This document shows, piece by piece, positions 49,237 to 60,437 of a DNA stretch of 64,000 nt. Source of the DNA: Nemertoderma westbladi (lineage: Eukaryota > Animalia > Xenacoelomorpha); assembly GCA_032718475.1 (NCBI GenBank), contig JAUCBJ010009103.1:186001-250000 (forward strand). Reading direction: 5' to 3'. Under the pieces are notes generated by a model. The model was not told the origin of the DNA, made no database searches, and was given only the letters and a program-made list of their open reading frames with translations. The position numbers and the translations under genes were made by a program. Positions within the stretch are counted from its first letter, which is position 1; each line of letters opens with the position of its first letter.

Positions 49237-49850
49237 ATAAATACCCTTTTCAAAATAACGAGGTACCGGAACTGTTTGCGTTGTAACAGTCTATACAGTA
49301 CCGGTACACCTATTAATTGCAAACCACTGGATAGTTCTGTACGGTACCTTACACTCTATATTAAATGGTGCTGCGTCATAAAATGAAAGATGAAACTACA
49401 TTCATTACCCTAAGGGCGGATGTGCCAAACTACCATCATTGGGTATTGCACTTTGGTTTGGCCAATACATTGTCTGATCTAGTAATCAATATTGGTTACG
49501 ATTTAGCAAGCAATCATTTACTTAAGTGTCTCCGAACCGCAGAATACATCGTCTGGTTCTAACGTCTGCCAAGTTTCAGCTCATTAACTTAAAAGTGGAA
49601 TAAAAATATTAATAAGATAAATAAGGAATCAGTATTTTAATCCTGATAACTGTAGATTACTGGTAAGTCTGGGTTGTATTATTTGGTCTGGTCTGGTGTA
49701 AATGCTATAATATATTTAGCTCATCATACGATCCTGCAACATATACATTATCAGTACCGGTATACTCCCTAATCCCATTCTGTATTTATATATTATATAT
49801 TATATATACATAGTATGATTGTATTGATTGAAAATTTATTAATATAAATT

Positions 49851-50011
49851 AATGTACCAAACCAGATTGAGTTTTAACCCATAAAGCCTAACTCGGCTTG
49901 AGCAAACCTCACCCAAAGGAAATGGTTTAATTATATACCTCTAATGACGACTGAATGAAATATATCGTTTTGGGAAACCCAAAATCGCATTCAGTGCTTT
50001 TATAGAGGATA
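49851..50011 (+). mobile_element. ~160-bp dispersed element, copy 3 of 3
   Basis: Near-identical to the other two copies. Confidence 0.85.
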
Positions 50012-50319
50012 AATAATAACAAACACTACTACGGGAAAAACGTTCCAATAGTACTCTATGAAAGTACCGGTATATTAAATTTAAATATAATATTATTTAT
50101 TATATTAAACTAACAATTAACTAGTATATATATACACGTCATATTACATGGGATTCTGGATATTACAACAATTTATATTTTCCCCACTATGTGTATATAT
50201 ACCCGATACAGTTCATGTTATTTTCGGTGGATATTAAAAAATTATATTAATTAAAAATTAAGATAATATAAAGTAGACGTGTACGTACAACCCAATATAA
50301 ATTATGAAATTGCACCTAC

Positions 50320-50461
50320 CTGGTTCTACTGTATCGTTGTCTATCCCGCAATGTAACGATACACATTAATTGCAGATCAATAAACAATCCAAACAATGGA
50401 TGGAAGATAATATGATTTGTCCTTGAGTACCGCGATAAAATCAAATCATATACATGGAAGC
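50320..50461 (-). other. Candidate upstream (probably 5'UTR) exon of GW182
   Basis: Strong acceptor TTATTTTTTAG and donor CAG|GTAGGT, 142 nt, same strand as GW182. No protein motif. Confidence 0.45.
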
Positions 50462-50614
50462 CTAAAAAATAATGTATATATACAAAATAAAATAAAATAA
50501 ATAATATTATATTATTTATGTGGGGGGGAGGTTGCGAATTGTAAGTGTAAGTTGTTATATAAGTAGGCCTACTTAAAAGTGAAGGTGTTATATAGGCCTA
50601 CGAATAGAACATGG

Positions 50615-50794
50615 TACCATATGGCCTACTTAAATATTTAAATTATTAAATTAAATATTAAATTAAATTATTAAATATTTAAATTAAATATTATTAAAAT
50701 TAAATAAAAATTAAATATTTAATAATTAAATATTAAATTAAATTATTAAATATTTAAATTTATACTTAAATATTTAAGTAGGCCATGATGGTAC
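50615..50794. repeat. Inverted repeat (GTACCAT.TGGCCTACTTAAATATTTA) enclosing an almost pure A/T spacer
   Basis: Arms at ~50615-50640 and ~50767-50794. Confidence 0.7.
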
Positions 50795-50994
50795 ACTGGT
50801 ACAGGAAACGCACATACAAAATTTGTAAACTTTCGAACCTCAATGTTGTTGAAACACAGATTTTAGACTTGCCTAAATGAGCATTTATTGTGCGAAAATG
50901 CTAAACAATATACTGTTAAAAAAGAAACGCACAACATTAAATTGTGATATATTGATATATAATGTGATAAATAATCTGTGCTTGCAAATGAAAA

Positions 50995-51166
50995 TGGAGG
51001 TGGTTATGTACCAGTGTCCAGGTTGAACACCTCAAATATTATAAAGTGTCTGGTTGGAGATGTGTGCATTGTACTTGACACAGTGAACCCGGCGTAGCAT
51101 TCTTGTGAATGTGCCATTCAGCGATTAGGTGTCATCAGCAGTTAGTGCTCAGCATGGACTCCCATA
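50995..51166 (-). mobile_element. Old RTE-like LINE relic abutting the poly(A) of the large LINE
   Basis: Minus strand translates YGSPC*ALTADDT*SLNGTFTRMLRRVHCVKYNAHISNQTLY, matching the RTE YGxxxWxLT..LDGxYTRMLRR..HxxN..LY region. Confidence 0.6.
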
Positions 51167-51310
51167 TTTTTTTTTTTTTTTTTTTTTTTCGTATAGAGGC
51201 TGCTCGATGGCGCCATATATTAAAATAGGTTTGGTTAAAATCATGGTACATAGCACATACCAATATATAAAATACAACAGGTACAGTTGCACAAATACAT
51301 AAGAATTAGG

Positions 51311-51384
51311 TAGTCAATAAAATATACATCCCCCCAGTCAATAAAATATACATCCCCCCAGTCAATAAAATATATATCCCCCCA
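51311..51384. repeat. 24-bp repeat x3 in the LINE 3'UTR (AGTCAATAAAATATACATCCCCCC)
   Basis: Tandem copies visible. Confidence 0.85.
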
Positions 51385-51599
51385 GGGAATACACATCATC
51401 ACTAGTATAGTGTTAAATACAAAATACATAAATACATGATATAACCATCACTTATAACCAATACATGATATAAACAGATACAGGTTACAGATCCCGAATC
51501 AAATTTGTTTATATATTAGAGGAATATAAACTGTCAGGGGGGTCGGAATTTCGGCTAATTAGAAATATCAGATTGTTGTATTGGTCCCAATTAGGTTAA

Positions 51600-54500
51600 T
51601 TAAATTCCAAAGTAATCTAGTATATGCTTATGTCGGTCGCCGAATGGTATCGCCATTTGATAGCAGTTTGAGATGAAATTAGCGTCACTTTGTTCTTTCA
51701 AGCTTAATTCGCCGGGCTTTATGTTTGAAATTACTCTCCGTCTTGAGTACGTAGAGGTCAACAGCGAGCGAAGGGAGGGCAACGGGTAGGATTTGGCTGC
51801 GTTCTGATAAGTGCTGCCCAATCAAATATGGGGTTTACGGGGAATGTTGTGTAAGAGGGCGTAGCAGAGTCCTGTCTGTAAAACCTCGTTAGGGCACGAT
51901 TCCAGGCGCATAATTGTTCCAACTATTGATTTAAAGGCCTCGTCCGCTACATAGCCACATCCCATTAGTTTATAGACAGTGTTGTTACTGGCATAGTTGC
52001 CGAGGCAGAGTAGCCTTCGTAATAATTTCCTGTAGTGGATTTCCAGGGTTTCGGTTTGGGATTTCGAGAGTGCGCCAAACAAGAATTTAATCTTGTACAA
52101 TGCTGATGGGATACCAATGCCATTCCATAACCTCCCAAGTGTTTCACAGTCTAACCAGCGAGCAGTCCAAGATCTGCTTCTAAAGATTTCACAGGTGGTG
52201 GATAAGGTGGTGATGCAGTACTGTAGGGCATCATACTTCCTAATAGCAAGGTTAAACCCTAAGAAGTAAAGTGTTGTACTTTCGGGGATTAGGTATCCAT
52301 TGATATCCAGGAAGGCAGGGTACGAGGTAGGTGAACTGCAGAACCATTTTGTTTTGGAATGTTCAAGTTCTAGATCCAGCTTGTGGCACTCGTCCATTAT
52401 AAGTTTCTTTATTATTGATAGTAACAATGTGTTGGCAAGCTGTATTTTTCGAGGTGTTTGTTATTATACATTTATTATAAGTTTCATCATCCTTGTAATT
52501 TCTAACGAGCTGGTAGCCTGTAGAAGGAAGTCGTCAACATAGCCAATTACTCCAACCCATGCTGACCCAATGGAGCATCCTAGTTTATCAGCTTGCAGCT
52601 TGTTAAGGATGGTGGACGTATATATGTTGAAAAACGAGGGCGATAGTACTGATCCTTGTTTAAGTCCCTTAAGTATACTGTAGCCTGGTAATTCCACATG
52701 TTCACCAAACTTAAGGTAGATGATGGTAGCCATGTAGTAGCGACATAGGACTATCACAATGTATGGGTTGATTGATTCCGATAACTTGTACATTAACTTG
52801 GCAAGGTTCACCTCGTCAAATGCAGACTTGATGTCCATTTGACACACAAAAAGAGGTGATCTTTGACGGTAAAATTCCACGCATTCCAAGGCTAGACCAA
52901 TTGCCATGTCTATTCCAATTCTTTTTTTAAAACCTAGTTGATTTGGATTTGTTAGAATTTCATAATCTGAGAGGTACAGTTATAAGATAGTTCCCTCAAA
53001 GATCTTAGCAAAAATATGGATAGATGCGATTGGACGGTAAGAGGATAGTAACTGGCGGTTCTTCTTCTTCCCCTTATACACATGAGTAACAGTAGTGTTT
53101 CCAAATGAGGAAGGTACTTCACCAAGCCTAATTGCTCCATTAAGTATGTTGGCAATAGTTCTGGAGGTGGAGGTTGGATTTGTATTAAGTAGGTGCTCTG
53201 CTGTCAGAGACATAAAATCGAGTGATTTCCCTTTGTTGAGTTTAATAATAACTTGCTTCACAACTATGGGTGAAATGGATGGCATAAGCTCATTGTCACA
53301 TTTGTCTATCAGATTCCCTACTAGATCGTTCAGGTCGCTATGCTCTTTCTTTATTTTCTCAGATGGGGTGCATAGTTCAAATTTCTTCCTAAGCTCCTGT
53401 TGTACATTGTCAGGTGGTGCAGGTGAGTGTTTGCTGCCAAAATGGGACCAGAACATTTTTGGATTACCCTTAAAGGAGTTGCAAGCATGGGTCAGGTTGC
53501 TTTGAACTTGTTGTTTGGTTAATGTGTTTCGCAGGCGACGGACTATAGACTTGGATGAGCGAAAACTGGCCTTAAATTTTTTCTTTTCATCATAATTTGT
53601 TGAATTTTTCCATAATGAATGTAACTTTTTTGAGACAGAAATGCGTTCCTTAAGCAGAGTTGAATGAACCCATGGCTTCTTCATTTGTTTTGGCGCCTTC
53701 TTCCTTTTCCTCAGTGGTATATGTTTACGTGCTGCTTCAATGAAGATCCCTTCAACTCTTTTTGTGTATTCGTTCAGGTCTTCTGTACTCCACTGTGAGA
53801 GGGCTGATTCAAATTTCTCATTCAGAATATTAAGGTGGTCATCCACTTCGGTTTCATACTTGTTTCGGTTTTTGGGGCATGTCAGTGACCAGTGATACTT
53901 TGGTATAGTTACACGGAACAAGTTCTGTGCCTCGTCCCCGGTGGAGGCGTTTCGGGTGTGTGTCGGCATCTTTGGAGAGAAGTGAACCTCCACTGGTGTG
54001 TGGTCGGATAGATTCTTAGACTGGTCCATGCAGTGCACTTTCCCTGAATGAGAGATGGTGTCTAGCGGGGCTATTACGTGGTCCAAGTATGATATACCTG
54101 TATCCCCTCTATAGAAGCTATGACAAGGGCCGTTTATTGTTGCAAACGTATCGAAAGCTGCCATACTGTTGCGTGTCAGAAAGCGATGTAACTTTTTCCC
54201 TCTAGGGGTTGCCTTCGATCTGTTGCATCGCGTACCTTGAAGAGGTCCAACATCCGCATTGCTATCCATTAGGACGATTGGAGTTAGGTCATTGTTTACA
54301 TCCAGAACTGCCTGCAGCTGTCCCATAAAATTGTCATATAAACAGCTGCGTTTACTGGAGTCTGGGGCATAGCAGCTGCAGCATAGTAGTAGGTAATGAG
54401 CATTATCAGAAGATAAGATAGCCTTGGCCCCTATTATATTATCGTCGCAATCAACTTGGGTAACATTGGTAAATTTGCTCTTTCTCAGGAAAATAGCTAC

Positions 54501-54908
54501 ACCTCCATATGTTCGATAGAGTAAGGATTTTGCAGGTATATAGTTGCAGTGGAAGTCATCATCAAAATTTTCCAACTGGGACTTAGCCTCCATACTGTCT
54601 AGTAGGTGCTCCTGGAGAGCCAGCACATCTAAGTCAACCAGCAGTTCGTGAACATAATCAATATTATTGGTTAGGCCTCTGCAATTATAAGTACCCACCT
54701 TGAGGAGCGGTGTATTCATGTTTTCATTGTTTACACATCCACTATTTGACCTTAATACATCATTGTGTATAGCTGAGTTACCTGGTGAGCTTAGGGTATG
54801 TACGTGGGAATGTAGTTTGTGTCCAAGTTTCCTGATGGCCCTACCTCGCTTATGGGCAGGGCTCCTAAGCCTAGGGCCTTGTCCACTCCTTATTGGCCTG
54901 TTAAACAC
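51600..54908 (-). pseudogene. LINE ORF2: apurinic-like endonuclease plus reverse transcriptase, split by frameshifts (52980..54908, 52464..52907, 51822..52427, 51600..51821)
   Basis: EN motifs GTYNCRGL, LALQEHLL, YGGVAIF, YAP, MDSNAD, SYLDHVI, SDHTPV. RT motifs SSYRPIAS..FAKIFE, MDIKSAFD, GLKQGSVLSPSFFNIY, GCSIG..VIGYVDD, YFLGF. Confidence 0.93.
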
Positions 54909-55296
54909 AATACCTAATTGGGCGCTTCCGGATCAGGGTTCGATATAGATCCGAGTCCTTCAGATTCCATGCCCTACATTTAACCCCTTGAGGCCAGAAG
55001 CTTTGAGAGAGTAGTTTTCCATCTGGCTTGTTGTTGGAGCTACGTAGGCTGAAACGCATAGTTTTTGAGCCACCTCTGTTTCTAGTCACAATTCTGTCCA
55101 CCAGTACATCTCTTTCACCAAGGTAATCCAATATATCATCTTCAGTGTAGCAGCTTATCACACCTGTTATGTGGTATTCAGTTGGTAATATGGTATGGTC
55201 AGGGGACCGAGTATGAAAATTATTGTTTGCGATAGTTGGGACGGTTTCAGCTGCCGCATATCTAATTACTTTGCTAGACCTTATCCCCTGTCTCAT
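54901..55296 (-). CDS. LINE ORF1 C-terminal RRM-like domain segment
   Basis: YHITGV..TEDDILDYL..V..KTMRFSL..LLSQSFWPQGVKCRAW. The terminal FWP.GV.CR.W signature is typical of ORF1p in CR1/L2/RTEX-type LINEs. Confidence 0.8.
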   Translation of the reverse strand: MRQGIRSSKVIRYAAAETVPTIANNNFHTRSPDHTILPTEYHITGVISCYTEDDILDYLGERDVLVDRIVTRNRGGSKTMRFSLRSSNNKPDGKLLSQSFWPQGVKCRAWNLKDSDLYRTLIRKRPIRYCV

Positions 55297-55467
55297 CGGT
55301 TCGTGGGAAGCCTCCCTGAGTTAAAGGGTTGGCCTCGTCCAGGTACTGGAGTGATCGTTTATGGTAGTGAAGGTCATCGCAGTGGCTGGATACGCGGTTT
55401 TCCTCGACCTTGACGCGCATCCCTTGGTTCCTGGAGAGCCGCACCGAGGACAGGGGCGGGCTTCGTC

Positions 55468-56652
55468 CTAGTTGTCTGCAGGATGATCAGTTGTTTGACT
55501 CGACCTTGTTATATGTTTCGTCGGTTCACACGGGACCTCAGTGGGGACGATAGTAGGCCTCACCGTTGTAATTACAGATTTTCCATTATTCCCAATATTT
55601 TTTCCATTAAGCTCCGTATTGGATGATGTGTGATTATGAAGTATGAAGGTACATGTTCTGGTTCCATTGGATTTGTATTTTGTTTTTGTTTTTTTGATAG
55701 CATGGGTACTAGAGATTGGGGCAGGATTCGTTATTGGACAGGAGTCACTCAAGACTGAGTATCTATTACTGGTTGAGGTTGGCAGAGGCCCATTCTGCTC
55801 TTTGGATCTTCCTTTTCTCAGTAACTTGCGTTGACGCCTGGTGGTACTGGGACAACTAGGTGTATCAGTTTCTTTAGCTATCATTCTGGGATTGCTAGGA
55901 TCAAATGTGACACAAACAGGGGTTACCATATCCGGTGGGATGTATTCCGTGCTGTTGGGATTTGTAGGTGGGAACTGATTGGGTGAGGATACAGAGGCGG
56001 ATATTCTGCTATCAGAGAGTGAGTCCAACACTAGGTATGTAGATGAATTTGCAGGAGTTGTAGCCGAGCACTGTGAGAGGGGGCTAGAGGATGAAGCATC
56101 GTCCAGAACTATGTAATCACACTGATTCTCACGCCTATCGGGGGTTGCAGCCAATGTATCACAGCTGATGCATCTACGGCTGGGTCCAGGGAGGTAGCTA
56201 TCTGGTACAGGATGTGGTTGAGCCAGTGGCATATCTTGTATAGACTTTAGGTCAGCTTGTAATAATATTCTGGTATTCCTCTCATGGACCACCTCGTCAT
56301 TGAGCCTTTTGATTTCTTCTAGCAAGCGCTTATGATCTGTTTCAAGTTTGCTGAATCTATTTTGGAATGTAACCGTCATCGAGATTAGATCTTTCCGGAG
56401 GGTATCCATGGTGATATCGTTGGTTGAGGGGTCGGCAATTGTCAGCCGTTTCCTACATGCCTCAGTGAATTTCTTTTCATATATACAACGTAGCAACTCA
56501 TAAATATCATTGTATAATTCGTGTGTGGATACTCGATTTTTTAATTGCATTGAGGCAGCCTGTACAGGGGACATAAGAAGCTTGACATCATCTAGAAGAT
56601 TGTGCCTCATCTCTTCACCTCCTGTCTTAACCTGTGCACCAATTATGGACAA
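55468..56652 (-). CDS. LINE ORF1 segment: helical domain, coiled coil and S/T/P-rich linker
   Basis: LKNRV..LYNDIYELL; heptad-like DTLRKDL..FSKLETDHKRLLEEIKRLNDEV..LQADLKSIQD. The frame is open back to ~56800, adjoining the protease segment. Confidence 0.75.
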   Translation of the reverse strand: MSIIGAQVKTGGEEMRHNLLDDVKLLMSPVQAASMQLKNRVSTHELYNDIYELLRCIYEKKFTEACRKRLTIADPSTNDITMDTLRKDLISMTVTFQNRFSKLETDHKRLLEEIKRLNDEVVHERNTRILLQADLKSIQDMPLAQPHPVPDSYLPGPSRRCISCDTLAATPDRRENQCDYIVLDDASSSSPLSQCSATTPANSSTYLVLDSLSDSRISASVSSPNQFPPTNPNSTEYIPPDMVTPVCVTFDPSNPRMIAKETDTPSCPSTTRRQRKLLRKGRSKEQNGPLPTSTSNRYSVLSDSCPITNPAPISSTHAIKKTKTKYKSNGTRTCTFILHNHTSSNTELNGKNIGNNGKSVITTVRPTIVPTEVPCEPTKHITRSSQTTDHPADN

Positions 56653-56789
56653 TGCATTCTTTCTAGTCAGGGGTATTATTTCAGCAGCCCATTCATTATT
56701 TCCAGAGAGGGGTGCGGGGACGGTAGGGTGACACAGATTTTCAGAGTTGACAGCTTCTACTAAATCAGGCCTGCCAGATATGCCATAGC

Positions 56790-57794
56790 TTAGAGGTTGT
56801 TTGTTTTGTTTGGAACCAGTTCATGTGAGTAATGGTTTGCAGTGTGGTGGCCCAGATCTACAATCTTACAGGAATCAAGGCAGTTGTGTATCCACTGTCT
56901 GCTCTTTATACTGTCCCTCAGAAGATCTAATGCCGTATCTGATGACTGGGCCAGGCTGAGAGCGTAGAAACATACGAAAATTCCACAGTCAAAAGAATTG
57001 GGTTGTTTTGGGAGGTTTGAGGGGACTACTGTTGTCATCCATGGTGTTATGACACCAGTTTGGTACTTTTTGGGTTTTAGGTTGTCTATTTTTGACAGTA
57101 CTTTTATAATCTCAAAAGTAGTTTTGTTTGGAATGTTTCTACCAAGAGGGTCTAGACATCTCACCGCATTATCTGTTGTACTAGCTACGTGGAGTACAAA
57201 GTGGTTATTCTCTTCTCCAGGCCCATATTTTGTACACTCAGGAAAGAAAAGCAGATCAGGTTTTTTCAAGTCCGAGGTACCCAGGTATAGCTTAGCTATA
57301 TATTTAACTGCACTGAGAATGTCGTAATTCTGTGTTTGAAGCCTTAGAGTGAGGTGGATAGGCAGTGCAACGGTATGGTTATAATGTCGCACCAGTATTC
57401 CCAGGAATCCGTCAACTATGGTATCTGTTACCCATGTAGTGGGCAACAGAGTCTGCAAGTCTTTGGGGCTTGGTATAATTAATCCAGGACGTCGTTCATC
57501 AATATCCAATGATGACAGGTACTTTTTTACCTCCTCCGTCCTATTTGTATTCTTCTTGGTTGGGCTGCACGGGTAGACATCTATACATTCAGCCACTAGG
57601 TTGGTGCGTAACTTGGTGTCTCCTGTTGCTAGATCAGGGGAGTTATTGTCTAAGATGCTTGTTTGGTTTTTCAATGGGGCATCTACTGGGAAGTCAATTT
57701 CTTCAATTAGCCCATTGAGGGCCGCCTTAACCACGTGGGGTTGCATGTCTTCTGTCTGGATGTCTGGAGATGCCGAGACAAATCTATTCTCCAA
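56790..57794 (-). CDS. Ulp1/SENP-family (peptidase C48) cysteine protease domain within the LINE ORF1 region
   Basis: DLQTLLPTTWVTDTIVDGFL (WLxD motif), FFP..NNHFVL (His, 57201-57203), CLDPLG (Asp, 57150-57152), PKQPNSFDCGIFVC (oxyanion Gln 57003-57005, Cys 56985-56987), terminal SRQWI. Confidence 0.9.
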   Translation of the reverse strand: MENRFVSASPDIQTEDMQPHVVKAALNGLIEEIDFPVDAPLKNQTSILDNNSPDLATGDTKLRTNLVAECIDVYPCSPTKKNTNRTEEVKKYLSSLDIDERRPGLIIPSPKDLQTLLPTTWVTDTIVDGFLGILVRHYNHTVALPIHLTLRLQTQNYDILSAVKYIAKLYLGTSDLKKPDLLFFPECTKYGPGEENNHFVLHVASTTDNAVRCLDPLGRNIPNKTTFEIIKVLSKIDNLKPKKYQTGVITPWMTTVVPSNLPKQPNSFDCGIFVCFYALSLAQSSDTALDLLRDSIKSRQWIHNCLDSCKIVDLGHHTANHYSHELVPNKTNNL

Positions 57795-58196
57795 AAGTTT
57801 AGGTTTAAATTTGGTATTATTATTGCTCTTCTTAGTGTGTTTCTTTCTGGGGCATTGCTGTGGTGGTGTTCGGTTTCCCCTCTTTGTTGTTGTTAACTTT
57901 GGTCTGCTGGCTGTAACCTTCTTGAGCTCTGATGTGGTCTCAGATGCAGTAATTAATCTAGGGGTATCAGAGATTGGGCTAGGTGGGTTTGGTTGATTAT
58001 CATTTTTGTCTGGTCCGTCCGTATCTGGGAATTAAGTTACATTGTGTTGGTGAGGTGTAAGTAGTTGCAGCAGGGTTTGTGGCTGTGCCAGAAGGGGTTG
58101 CTGGTGCGGAAGTAATTATGGTGCTGGCATTCCTAGTACACCATGATCCGTTGCCCATAAGATCCTCTATGATAGTAGCAGTATTTGACTTAGGTG

Positions 58197-60437
58197 TTAG
58201 ATTTGTCTGGGTTGCTTGTATGGGTGTTGGTTGTGCTGGAAGTGTGGAATGAGGCGGGGATTAGCTGGCATGGGCAAAGGTTGAGACACAGGTACAGGTG
58301 TATGTTGAGACTGGGATGCTGCTAGTGGTTTATGTTTGTTTGATTTAGGAACTTTGTTTGGATGCAGCATGGACTTCCTTTTAGTGATTGCTGCCTTTAG
58401 GGACCTCGCTTGCGGTAGTTGGGGGGCGGGGCCTTTGCTCCTTGTGTGAGGCCTGCCTGTGTGTGTCTTAGTCTGGAGTGCGGGAGGGTGTGCTATGTGG
58501 GTGTCCTCAGTGATGGTTTGGCTGGTGTTAATGCTGTCATTGCCAGGAAAGTCTGATGATACAGTGTGGGGTGAAGTAGTTGTCAGTAGATCTAGTGTCC
58601 CAATGGATTTGTACAGTACATTGCTAGGACTGCAAACGGCAGTATTAGGTACGGCACTGGTATATATTGGCACTGAGTTTACAACCAACCTCATACCCAT
58701 GCAGTTATCTTGTTTCCCAATGTCCGCTGTAGTAGGTGCCGTCATTGTCTCGGTAAGCACATTACAGGTGGAGTTACCATCCGTCTCCAGGCCCCCCTGG
58801 TCCAGGTCACTGGGTCTACTAGTACCCGGACATATCTGGGCCGGGGTCGAGGCTAGCATTAAAGGATTTAGGTTCGGGAATGCTACTACCTCTGGACCGG
58901 GCGTGGTTGCTGTACAATGAAATTCTGGTAGATTCCCCCGGGTTGGGTCATCGGCTGTATGGATACCCGGGCCTACCCAACCCGGGTTCGTCGGGGAAGC
59001 TTGAAATCTTACTCGCTTAACTCGCTTGTAATCAGCCTGGTTTTCCGCTGTCCCGGAGGAGTCGACCATCTTTGATCGGAAGGGATCGCCCATCGTCATC
59101 ACAGAAGGTTCGCCCATCGTTGTTCGGGAGGGATCACCCGTCGTCACCCTGGAAGGTTCATCCGTCGTCGATCGGGAGGGATCGCCTGTGATCATACCGG
59201 AGGGTTCGCCCATCGTTGTTCGGGAGGGATCGCCCATCGTCATCACAGAAGGTTCGCCCATCATCAATCGGGAGGGATCGCCTGTGATCATACCGGAGGG
59301 TTCGCCCATCGTCAATCGGGAGGGATCACCCGTCGTCACCCAGGAAGGTTCATCCGTCGTCGATCGGGAGGGATCGCCTGTGATCATACCGGAGGGTTCG
59401 CCCATCGTTGTTCGGGAGGGATCGCCCATCGTCATCACAGAAGGTTCGCCCATCGTCAATCGGGAGGGATCACCTGTGATCATACCGGAGGGTTCGCCCA
59501 TCGTCAATCGGGAGGGATCACCCGTCGTCACCCTGGAAGGTTCATCCATCGTCGATCGGGAGGGATCGCCTGTGATCATACCGGAGGGTTCGCCCATCGT
59601 CAATCGGGAGGGATCACCCGTCGTCACCCTGGAAGGTTCATCCGTCGTCGATCGGGAGGGATCGCCTGTGATCATACCGGAGGGTTCGCCCATCGTTGTT
59701 CAGGAGGGATCGCCCATCGTCATCCCAGAGAGTTCGCCCGTCGTCAGTCGGGGGGGATCACCCATCATCACCCTGGAAGGGTCGCCCGTCGTCAATCGGG
59801 AGGGATCGCCCGTCATCATCCCAGAAGGTTCGTGCGTCGTCGTTCGGGAGGGATCACCCATCGCCATCCCGGAAGATTTGCCCGTCATCACCCTGGAAGG
59901 TTCGCCCGTCGTCAATTGGGAGGGATCGCCCATCGTCACCCCAGAGGGTTCGCCCGTCGTCACCCCAGAGGGTTCGCCCGTCTTCACTCCAGAAGGTTGG
60001 CCCGTCTTTGATCGGGAGGGATCGCCCGTCGTCACCCTGGAGGGTTCACCCGTCGTCAATCTGGAGGGATCGCCCGTCGTCATCCCGGGAGGTTTGCCCG
60101 TCGTCAATTGGGAGGGAATGCCTATCGTCACCCCGGAAGGTTCGCCCGTCTTTGATCGGGAGGGATTACCTGTCGTCATCCCAGAGGGTTCCCCCGTCGT
60201 CGACCGGGAGAGATCGCCTGTCGTCATCCCAGAAGGTTCACCCGTCCTCGATCGGGGGGAATCGCCCATCGTCATCCCGGAGGGTTCGCCCATCGTTGTT
60301 CGGGAGAGATCGCCTGTCATCATCCCAACCGGATCGCCCGTTGTCGTTCGGGAGGGATCCCCAGTCGTCCGGGTTGTAGTTGTGGGGCGGGGTACGGGTA
60401 AACGGCTTTTCGGAGGTGTTCTTACTAGGGACGGCAT
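58197..60437 (-). CDS. LINE ORF1 N-terminal segment: MPSLVRTPPKSR.., 8-aa tandem repeats and a disordered region; one in-frame TGA at 59700-59702
   Basis: ORFs 59700..60557 and 58197..59693 share a frame. The stop is a CGA>TGA change relative to sister repeat units. Confidence 0.7.
59075..60370. repeat. 24-bp coding minisatellite (~54 units) encoding TGDPSRxT/MGEPSGMx octapeptides
   Basis: Alternating GGGATCGCCC / GGTTCGCCC units, no indels, open on both strands. Confidence 0.93.

Noticed and set aside
56790-57794. Host SENP/Ulp1 gene
   Set aside because: It is intronless, frameshift-linked to LINE ORF1 segments on both sides, and inside a poly(A)-tailed element.
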